DNA of 63,968 bases, filler included. It is 6 parts of 6 records of this genome, joined end to end, with 100 filler letters (N's around TTAATTAATTAA, not from the genome) between each part and the next. Parts side by side here need not be neighbours in the genome. Positions count along the whole stretch, not along the records: positions 19,959 to 35,905 come from DRR723986_10280; 5 more parts are not named here. The stretch is one strand, 5' to 3'. Below the pieces are notes generated by a model, which saw nothing but the letters and a program-made list of their open reading frames with translations, did not search any database and was not told the origin of the DNA. How positions within the stretch are numbered: the first letter of the stretch is position 1; every line of letters starts with the position of its first letter. A program made the translations under genes and the position numbers. Below are positions 29,001-36,005 of this stretch, in pieces.

Positions 29001-30748
29001 ATGGTCGTACCTACCAGTTTACTTATGGATATACCCCGGAAGGATTCCTGTCTTCTGTCGGACGTCCCTGGGGATCGAGTGCGGACTTTGTCCTGAATGG
29101 GCTTGGCCAGCCGACGGGCCTCATCGCGAACGGTTCGGCCATCGCTTACGGCGGAACATATTTTGTGAACGGTCAGATGGCTGGTTTGTCGCTCAGCAAC
29201 GGGTTCGCATATTCGGCAACGCAGAATTCGCGGCAGCTGGTTGAGACCTCGAAGGCCGTCAAAGGAACGACCAAGGCGTTCGATGCGACGTATACATATG
29301 ATCCGGTGCTTCCGCGGATCGCGTCGATTACCGACAATGCGGGGATCGGTAATGCCGGTCCATGGGGCACGGCGACCTACACCTACGATATCCTGAGCAA
29401 TATGCGCCGGCAGGTGATCGACACGACGCGCACAATCGACATCAACTACAATTCGGCCAACCGTGTCTCCCAGTATCGCGACGATGCTGTCAGCTCCTCG
29501 TGGAATACAGTCTCACACGACGCGCGCGGCAACGTCACCACCAAAGGCGGGCTGGGCTTTGTCTATGATTTTGCCAACCAGCCGACAGCGGTGACCGGAG
29601 CCGTCAGCGCAACTTACACCTATGATGGTAATCTCAAGCGGGTAAAATCGTTCGAAGGCGGGGACACAACTTATTCCATATATTCCTCTTTGAGCGGAAA
29701 AATATCTGCCATTGATAATCCGACATCCGGCGCGCGCTTCACCATCGTCAACATGGGGCCTGTGTCGATCCGGCTCAATCTGGACGGAACGTTTGAGTTT
29801 ACCCATAACGACCACCTTGGCAGCCCTGTTGCCAGCACCAGCTCATCAGGCTCAGTGCTTTGGGTAGAGTCCTATCTTCCATTCGGGGAGAAGCGCTATG
29901 ACCCGGCCGCGAACCGGGACAAGCCAGGGTTCACCGGACACATTGATGATGACGCAACCGGCCTGACCTACATGCAGGCGCGGTACTATGATCCCGTGCT
30001 CGCAAGGTTCCTGTCGACAGACCCCATCGGATATCGGGATCAGATGAACCTGTATGCGTATGTTGGAAACAATCCAGTGAATATGACTGATCCATCGGGG
30101 ACGAGGGCGAATACGGCTGCGCCTACCGGAAATACGTGTTCTCGGGTGGGGGGAAACAGTTGTGCTGGACACTACACAGATGGCGCTAAGATGGGAAAGA
30201 TATCTTCTGCGCCGATCCCTACAGCTGGTGGAAACAGCGGTGCCAGGGGCGGCGGCGGTGCGCGTCGCCCTGGCATTGGGCACAATAGCCGCGCGAACTA
30301 CGGTCCGCGTCGCCGGCAGTATGAGGAGTCTAGAGAAGATATTGCGCGCAATGATCCGCTTAATCCGCGAAGTGCCCCTATTATTGCCAGCGATTCTTGG
30401 GAGCCGACTGCCCAGCAGGTACAAGATATGGAAGTGGCAGCGCTTGCCTCTGACTATTACGCTGGAATACGAACAATGATTTTCGATCAGGCGCAGGTGC
30501 CGGGACCCAGTTCTGTGTTGATCGCTCCGAGTGAGAGCGAAGTGATGCGCATGGGGCGCGAGTTTGTTGGTCCGAGTGCCCGGATGACAAGCAATGGTAA
30601 GGGGTGGTACGATGATGCGTCAGGTCGGACTTTTCGCTTCCCAACTGAGAAAGGCTCTCGCGAGGGTAGTTGGGCAAATTTCCAACAAAAGTTCCCAGAT
30701 GGAACCGAGTCAAATGTGCATGTGCGGGTTTCCCCACCGTTTCCGTGA
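26009..30748 (+). CDS. Signal-peptide Rhs/YD-repeat polymorphic toxin
   Basis: Sec signal; many YDxxGR repeats; core DHLGSP..GFTGH..YMQARYYDP..FLSTDP..PVNMTDPSG; 215-aa C-terminal extension from 30101. Confidence 0.92.
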   Translation: MRLKFSRFFASVIIASLVSGGLAECFAQTAPPPKTELEKRQGAEYRLTAFGPDLMGDGIDPHTGTIQFSQTDVSLPGNFPLEVAIRRKRSQGRFYQPGVAVEFGDWQLDVPRINVVLASSINWTGNRCSMSFGSYFTPVYQGGTQFTASKYSNGVILDAGGSPGQQVMQSPQGAQWPAGTTHVTVDDWRLNCITASDGGQGFLAYAPNGDQYRFDRYYKIDTEALGAESPTGPWIPRKRHILAATQVTDVNGNTVNYNYDSSNRLTSIVASDGRRIDLAYSGSGKLIQSVTANPGVSGEREWVYTYGTVYTSFDQEPNVGITNALTSATLPDGKSWTFDIAGMAANPGLGLHCPQADQTLTMTHPYGTVGVFKLKERRHRQSLNEQDQIRETCPNEDVSGGDPSLNPYKLRVARIMSTVEKRLTGPNLPAMVWLYDYESDQGDPGSSASDPTNWSKVLDPEGHQTKYYHRWTRDPLGGKLVKKEVRDTPSSPVLETTTYSYVQEASIGSPVSGFAHATTSFKKTLIDTVTIARESYTMSTQSSYDNSFSSATYSFGNPTTIVRGSSLGGNRTQTLTYEHNKTKWVLGLPLTSTFNGRLYDSYHYDAYGRADLQYKYGVLAQTYAYETATGAKGALKSAKNALNETATFNQWKRGIPQQIIRPDLTSITRVVDNNGWVTSQTDAKGTTTGFTYNAMGWLTSINVPSPWADATLTYTGLGTTNAYSTATVGTIETVVWYDAFLRPYKVRTRPISGGGLTSFIKTTYDGLGQTVFTSLPSTSSNPTTGTETEYDALGRVLKVRDNITNGFTATAYLTNGQTQVTDPKGNVTTTTSRFYGAPDTAEVTQIVQPLGLTSTFSYDTWGNMTLLNQSGSQNGYTSNINRQFWYDTRNRLCRHRAPELGDELFGYDALDRLTKKASGQSAASGCVTTLPAAATTTTVYDEMGRVTDINFPSGSGTPNIVKDYDDNGNLTSVTRNGIAWAYDYNALDMLDEEELQLDGRTYQFTYGYTPEGFLSSVGRPWGSSADFVLNGLGQPTGLIANGSAIAYGGTYFVNGQMAGLSLSNGFAYSATQNSRQLVETSKAVKGTTKAFDATYTYDPVLPRIASITDNAGIGNAGPWGTATYTYDILSNMRRQVIDTTRTIDINYNSANRVSQYRDDAVSSSWNTVSHDARGNVTTKGGLGFVYDFANQPTAVTGAVSATYTYDGNLKRVKSFEGGDTTYSIYSSLSGKISAIDNPTSGARFTIVNMGPVSIRLNLDGTFEFTHNDHLGSPVASTSSSGSVLWVESYLPFGEKRYDPAANRDKPGFTGHIDDDATGLTYMQARYYDPVLARFLSTDPIGYRDQMNLYAYVGNNPVNMTDPSGTRANTAAPTGNTCSRVGGNSCAGHYTDGAKMGKISSAPIPTAGGNSGARGGGGARRPGIGHNSRANYGPRRRQYEESREDIARNDPLNPRSAPIIASDSWEPTAQQVQDMEVAALASDYYAGIRTMIFDQAQVPGPSSVLIAPSESEVMRMGREFVGPSARMTSNGKGWYDDASGRTFRFPTEKGSREGSWANFQQKFPDGTESNVHVRVSPPFP

Positions 30749-30824
30749 TTGCCATATCGAGCTAAGTCTTATCCCCGCGGTCTTTCTGCATTAATGCGTC
30801 CCTTCAGCGCGAATCGGAGTTGGA

Positions 30825-31226
30825 ATGAAAAACGTTCGAATACGACTAAGATCGTGGGACTTAGGGGTCGATGATCAATTCGCAAACAGGCAGATCGACG
30901 CCAAGGACATGCCTGAAATAATAGTGCATATGTACTTGAGCTGGGGGGATAATCTCTCTGAAGACGTCTTTTCTCTTACAATAGTTCCGCATACGAAAAT
31001 CATGCAGAGCAGGATGTGTTACTTTAGTAGAGTGCTCGTTGTGACTGACGTTTTCCACGCTAGTGAAGTCGTTCAGGCAATCTCTGATTCTCTTCAGGAA
31101 TTGAGTTTTGATTCGAAAGAGGACGCGCTAACGCACCTAAGGCAGTTATTTGAGTGGGAATTCGAACCCGAACCGGATGCGCAATTTCGGAATAGGCTCA
31201 ATGCAGCTTTGGCATCAGGGAAATGA
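30825..31226 (+). CDS. Cognate immunity protein, Imm8-like
   Basis: Directly after the Rhs gene; AT-richer; EDVFSLTIV and C-terminal FEWEFE (WE-aromatic) motifs. Confidence 0.7.
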   Translation: MKNVRIRLRSWDLGVDDQFANRQIDAKDMPEIIVHMYLSWGDNLSEDVFSLTIVPHTKIMQSRMCYFSRVLVVTDVFHASEVVQAISDSLQELSFDSKEDALTHLRQLFEWEFEPEPDAQFRNRLNAALASGK

Positions 31227-31746
31227 CATTTGGGCTACTTCGAATGGTCTGCAGGATAACTTAGGCAAGACCGCTTTCGTCGGCTTCATGCTTAATGAGC
31301 GTCCGGCCTCGCATATGAGCCTGGTGCTCATATACCGGGCACTCTGTGCGGTCTAGCCTGACAGAATGTATGAAGCGACATATGAACGGTAAGACAGCAT
31401 TATAACTACAACAAAGGAAGCGTGGGGTTTCGTCGCGAATTTGGTCGGTCGTCTGGAATTTGTGTCCGTGTATCAGACGGGCAATTCAGTGCGTGAGCGG
31501 AGGATTTAGGGGGGGGCTGTATAAGGAGATTGCTTCGCTGCCGAATTTTAGTTTGGTTGACCCTGATTGACCGGCCACTTGGGCTGGAAAGGCGTCGGCG
31601 CATCAAGCCGATTTGCTCAGATATGAAGCGCGTTGGCTGCGTGGCGCGTGCGGTCACCAATAGTATCGCATTCGCCGAGTAGGATGTCCCGAATTCCAAC
31701 ATTGTGGTTTGATAAAGCAGCGCGGATTTCTCTGCCGCGTCGCGCC

Positions 31747-32235
31747 TTACTGGTTAAATAGGCGAAGCGACTTCGCGGTGCTGCCGTGCCGAAATGTTAC
31801 TTCATTGTTGACTATTGAACTTACGTGTCCCCAAGGCGTATCATCGCCAACTCGAACGGATATGGCTGTTGCACCAGGCGCCCATTCAATAAGAGCAGAG
31901 GCGTTCGCGCCGCTCCCGGATATTCCCAACAGTCGTGGCTCGTGCTGCGGCTCAACGATTTCCACCGCTTGCTCCATCCTGGAAAATGCTTTCCGCTCAG
32001 GCGAAAATCCGGATCGATTACAAATGTCCGACGCAAAAACCGCAAGCTGATCTTCCGTCCAAACCAAAAACGCGACCGGCTCTGCCTGGGCCTCCGCGGG
32101 GACAGCGCTTTCCGTCGCGGCCTCACGCCCGACCGGTCCGGGGGCCGGGAGTCCGCTTGCCCAAATCCCGGATCCGGCGATCGCGGCCGAGAGCAACATC
32201 AAAAACAGCGGTAAGGCGGGCCAGGCGCGCGTCAT
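31747..32235 (-). CDS. T2SS accessory protein (GspC/GspN-like)
   Basis: Single TM, FSPERK and PRLLGISG..ASALI motifs; last gene of a coupled gsp operon. Confidence 0.5.
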   Translation of the reverse strand: MTRAWPALPLFLMLLSAAIAGSGIWASGLPAPGPVGREAATESAVPAEAQAEPVAFLVWTEDQLAVFASDICNRSGFSPERKAFSRMEQAVEIVEPQHEPRLLGISGSGANASALIEWAPGATAISVRVGDDTPWGHVSSIVNNEVTFRHGSTAKSLRLFNQ

Positions 32236-32771
32236 GGGACAATCTCCGACCAGACAGACATGTCCAGTGCGATGCGGAGGTGCCGGTCCGGACTGGTCGT
32301 GGGAGATGTCGTCCGGATGTTCGTATTGTCGAGGAGAACGGGGTATTCCACCCCGGCAAGACCTTCCAGGACCTCCGTCACGGTCTGCAGGTCTCCTTCG
32401 AAGACGAGATGCAGACGCAGTGCCACAAGGCCCTCCGGTGTTGTGAATGCAGGCAATTCCCGTATGTCCGCCACCTGGCCGCCGTGCGCGTTCACCAGTG
32501 TGATCAACTCGTTCTGGAGCGTGGTCCCAAGGCTGTTGTCGGATACGCTCGTCAGATATGCAGAGTAGGCTTCAAACCGATTTGGCGGCAGGGGGCGGGT
32601 GAGGCGTGTCTCGAACGCCAACATGCGCTCCTCCGTGCCTTGCAACAATTGCCACTTTTCGAAGATTCCGAAACCAGCATTCAGAAGCAGGAGCAAGACC
32701 GTGCCGGACAGAAGGGTCAGCAAGGCGGCGCGTGCCAGCCGGGCGGCAAGAGGGGGCGTCTCTGTCCTCAT
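32232..32771 (-). CDS. gspM: T2SS protein GspM/PilO-like
   Basis: N-terminal TM, short coiled coil and ferredoxin-like pattern; follows gspL. Confidence 0.6.
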   Translation of the reverse strand: MRTETPPLAARLARAALLTLLSGTVLLLLLNAGFGIFEKWQLLQGTEERMLAFETRLTRPLPPNRFEAYSAYLTSVSDNSLGTTLQNELITLVNAHGGQVADIRELPAFTTPEGLVALRLHLVFEGDLQTVTEVLEGLAGVEYPVLLDNTNIRTTSPTTSPDRHLRIALDMSVWSEIVP

Positions 32772-33697
32772 TTCGTCCCCGTCTCGATCGTGATCACGAA
32801 CGCTTCAGTTCTATCCGGACGTGTGGAGACAGGCTGCGCAAACCGCACGGGATAATCGGGGTAAGCCTGCACCAGGCTCGTAAGCGTCTCGGCTGCGTTA
32901 CGGGAAGCGCCGCTGATGCGGATCGAAGTCCCGTCGAAGTCGACGGAAGTCCACCAGGCATTCGGCGGCGTGTTCTGCGTGAGCTCTGCCAGGGCCGACA
33001 TGCGCCCGGCAGGCGATAGAAGGTCGGGTTGCATTGCGGCAATCCGGCCGAGCGCACCGGTTTCCCGCTCCATTGTGTCCCGTTCAAGGAGACGGGCCCG
33101 AAGTTCGCGTTCCTGTATCAGCGAGGCTTTAACCGAGTTTTCGAGCCAGGTATCGACACCGGCCAGAAGGGCAAACAGGCTGGCGATGAAGCAGATGAGC
33201 GATACGATCAGAAATCTTGCCTCAAGTTTCTGGTCCAGGTGCTGCGCGGGCGGCGTCCAGGCATTGTCCGTCCCCGGTGCGATAAGCTGAAGATCCGCCA
33301 GTCCGAGTGTCCGGGATTTTTCTTGAAGCCGGTCGATCAGGTCGTTTCGAAGATGAAGGAATTCCAGCCCTCCCGGGCGGCCCGCCTCTTGCCGGACGAG
33401 CACGATTTCGTCTGCCTCGGCCAGCGGCGCCAGCCTGCGCAGCTCGTTTCGCGCAATTTTCTTCAGGTCGGCATGAGAGGTCGCCTTGCCATCGAAGTCA
33501 TGGGTATAGGCATCGGCCTTTCCCAACCGGATGAGCGGCACTTCGTCTGGTTTCTTTTCGAGGCTCAGAAACGCTTCCAGCGGTATTGCGGCGTCGGCGC
33601 TGACACAAGCATGCGGCTCCGAACGCCGGCCCAGCATGAAGGAGAGCGCACGATCCAATCGGGAGGGAGTCTGCCAGAGAAGGCCTGAGGGTTTCAC
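32768..33697 (-). CDS. gspL: T2SS protein GspL/PilN-like
   Basis: Cytoplasmic domain, TM, then LAELTQNTPPNAWWTSV..IRISGAS PilN-like motif; GTGA overlap with the upstream gene. Confidence 0.7.
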   Translation of the reverse strand: MKPSGLLWQTPSRLDRALSFMLGRRSEPHACVSADAAIPLEAFLSLEKKPDEVPLIRLGKADAYTHDFDGKATSHADLKKIARNELRRLAPLAEADEIVLVRQEAGRPGGLEFLHLRNDLIDRLQEKSRTLGLADLQLIAPGTDNAWTPPAQHLDQKLEARFLIVSLICFIASLFALLAGVDTWLENSVKASLIQERELRARLLERDTMERETGALGRIAAMQPDLLSPAGRMSALAELTQNTPPNAWWTSVDFDGTSIRISGASRNAAETLTSLVQAYPDYPVRFAQPVSTRPDRTEAFVITIETGTK

Positions 33698-34014
33698 ACG
33701 CACCTCCGTCCGATCGGGTCGAACCGGCACGCTGCGGTGCGGTCTATGCGCGCCGCCGAAAGGGCGAGGGGCGCGCCATCATCGATCGCAAGGACCGCAC
33801 CGTCGCCCAGGGGCGCGTGGGATTTGACGAGCGCTTCGTCTGCAAGGGCCGCGGGATAAATTGCCTCAAGCGCGTGGATATCATCGACGATTGTGCCAAG
33901 CCGTGACCAGGTCCGGCCCTGCTGGAATATGGCCTCGCCCAGAAACATCATGCCGAGCGACAGGACGACCAGAGCGGCAAGCAGTTCGGCGACGGTGAAG
34001 CCATCATCCCGCAT
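33694..34014 (-). CDS. Short prepilin-type pseudopilin (GspJ-like)
   Basis: MRDDG|FTVAELL prepilin peptidase site. Confidence 0.7.
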   Translation of the reverse strand: MRDDGFTVAELLAALVVLSLGMMFLGEAIFQQGRTWSRLGTIVDDIHALEAIYPAALADEALVKSHAPLGDGAVLAIDDGAPLALSAARIDRTAACRFDPIGRRCV

Positions 34015-34381
34015 TGTCGGCACTCCGCAGGCGAACCGTCCTGGCCGTGATCGAGGTATCTGCGCCGGAACCTGCCCTCCAGGAAACGGTGACCTGAATG
34101 TCCGAAAAGACGACGCGGTCACCCTCTGCAGAAGCGCGCTCCGTATCCTGGCGTGACCAATGAAACCCTTTCCCCTGAATGACAAAATCACCCGCATCCT
34201 CACGGATCGACGGATCCTCGAGCACGGCCCGGGCCACATAGGCTGCGATCAACCGGTCATGCGCGCGGGTTACCGCTTTCTGGCTGGTCACATTGAATGA
34301 CAGGAAGCTTGTCAGGAACAGGCTGCAAATCAGGAGTGCGACGAGCGCGTCTGCGAGGACAAATCCGGATTCCTGTTTCAT
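34004..34381 (-). CDS. Pseudopilin (GspI-like)
   Basis: ESG|FVLADAL prepilin site (Asp at +5); C-terminal IQVTVSW. Confidence 0.65.
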   Translation of the reverse strand: MKQESGFVLADALVALLICSLFLTSFLSFNVTSQKAVTRAHDRLIAAYVARAVLEDPSIREDAGDFVIQGKGFHWSRQDTERASAEGDRVVFSDIQVTVSWRAGSGADTSITARTVRLRSADNAG

Positions 34382-35565
34382 TGGATCGCATCTCCCATTC
34401 CGGAGAGCGTCCCGAGGATGGAGAGCATAAGGCCGGCAATGGTGGCGCCCATGCCGATCACGAGAGCAGGGCCGAGGATGCCGGAAAGCCGGTCGATGCC
34501 AGACATGGCCCGCGCATGGCAGATCCGGCCTGCTTGGCGTACGGAGTTCGCAAAAGCGCCTGAGCGTTCACCGAGAAGGGCAAGCCGCTGGAGTTCGGGC
34601 GGCAGTCCGTCCGTCCGGCTGAAGGCTGCACTCAGGACTTCTCCGTCCCGTATGCGGGCGGCGATCCGGTCCCAGGTCTTCGCAAGCCGGGGATTGGAGG
34701 TCGAGGCGGCAAAACGGAGCGCCGTTTCAAGTGGCCGGCCGGCATCGAGCAACGCGGCAAGAACCTCACAGGATTGTCCGACCTCGAGGTCGCGCGAGAG
34801 ACCGCGGATACCGGGCAGGGCAAAGAAGACCTGTGCAATCGATCTTCTGACAGACAAATTCCGCCCCGCCAGAAACAATGCCCCCACGAGCAGGGCAAGT
34901 CCCGCAAAGACAAGGGACGAATTGACCTTCAGCCAACCCCCGGTTCCGGCCAGCGCAAGGACAAAGCCGCCACTGCCGCTGTCTTCGAGGATCGGGGCGA
35001 GCGCGGGAGCGACGTAGAGCGTGATGACAGTCAGGGCAATGAGCCCGAGGCAGGTGATGAAAAGCGGGTAGGCGAGGGCTTCGCGTATTTTCGTAAGGGC
35101 CGCAGACCTGTCGGCCAGGAAGCCCGCTCCTTTTTCAAGGAGCGTGTCCAGGCCAGCGCCTGCTTCGCCCGCAGCGGCGAACTCCGCCAGCATGGCTGCG
35201 CCGCCGCCAGCGCTGCGGAGTGCCGAGGACAGGGAACCGCCCGCATCGACAGCGCGAAGCGTGTCGCGCGCGAGCCTTGCCGGCCCGCCCCTTCCTTTTG
35301 ACTGGATATCGAGGGCATTGCGCAGCGGCGCGCCGGCTTTCAGGAGCGCAGCAAGTTCGGACGCGAAGGCTGAGGCTTCCAGCGGGGTGACGTTCGTGCG
35401 TTGCTCGAGCGCGAACCAGCGACGCGCCGAGCTTTCCCTTATGTCGATCAGGAGATCGCCCCCGGCCGCGATGAGCTGGCGTGCCTGCGCCTCGCCGGGC
35501 GCAGAAATCACCCCCTTGCGGCGGGCGCCTGTGCGGTCAATCGCGGAGTACTGGAACCGGGCCAT
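34378..35565 (-). CDS. gspF: T2SS inner membrane platform protein GspF
   Basis: MARFQYSAID, AGEAGA, ALAYP and GERSG motifs. Confidence 0.88.
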   Translation of the reverse strand: MARFQYSAIDRTGARRKGVISAPGEAQARQLIAAGGDLLIDIRESSARRWFALEQRTNVTPLEASAFASELAALLKAGAPLRNALDIQSKGRGGPARLARDTLRAVDAGGSLSSALRSAGGGAAMLAEFAAAGEAGAGLDTLLEKGAGFLADRSAALTKIREALAYPLFITCLGLIALTVITLYVAPALAPILEDSGSGGFVLALAGTGGWLKVNSSLVFAGLALLVGALFLAGRNLSVRRSIAQVFFALPGIRGLSRDLEVGQSCEVLAALLDAGRPLETALRFAASTSNPRLAKTWDRIAARIRDGEVLSAAFSRTDGLPPELQRLALLGERSGAFANSVRQAGRICHARAMSGIDRLSGILGPALVIGMGATIAGLMLSILGTLSGMGDAIQ

Positions 35566-35567
35566 GG

Positions 35568-35876
35568 TCAGAGCAGCCCCACGATTTCAGAAAACGTGGT
35601 GCGTCCTTCCGCAGCGAGGCGGAGCGCCTGCGCTGCAAGCGCCTGGCCTGGCGCAACCGGTTCTGCGTGACGGGAGAATTCTGCAAGCGCAAGGCGCCCG
35701 GAAAAACCTTCGTTGCGGCAATGCGAGCAGCCTGACGGCCGGAAGAGATCGCTCGGGGCCGTAAGGCCGTGGTGATGGAACGTTCCGGCTTGCGGTTCGG
35801 TGATCGGCACGAGCGTCTTGCAATGCTCGCAAAGGGTCCGGACAAGCCGCTGTGCCATTGCGCCCAGGAGGCAGGC
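35568..35876 (-). pseudogene. gspE: GspE ATPase C-terminal fragment, interrupted at its 5' side
   Basis: AQRLVRTLCEHC..GCSHC..GFSGR Zn module and GRTTFSE; similarity ends at a TGTTGATT IS-like end. Confidence 0.75.
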
Positions 35877-35905
35877 TGTTGATTGCCGTTGAGAATTGAC
35901 CCTGG
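35877..35905. mobile_element. Probable IS21-family terminal inverted repeat
   Basis: TGTTGATTGCCGTTGAGAATTGACCC at the contig end, TG-start pattern recalled from IS21 ends. Confidence 0.65.
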
Positions 35906-36005
35906 NNNNNNNNNNNNNNNNNNNNNNNNNNNNNNNNNNNNNNNNNNNNTTAATTAATTAANNNNNNNNNNNNNNNNNNNNNNNNNNNNNNNNNNNNNNN
36001 NNNNN
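35906..36005. other. Artificial contig linker
   Basis: N-run, TTAATTAATTAA, N-run. Confidence 0.98.

Noticed and set aside
29320-29380. Possible in-frame loss of one YD repeat in the Rhs (ITDNAGIGNAGPWG)
   Set aside because: The spacing looks short but cannot be judged without an alignment to homologues.
31227-31746. Orphan toxin/immunity module or tRNA/att site after the immunity gene
   Set aside because: No Rhs core remnant, tRNA cloverleaf or convincing ORF was found.
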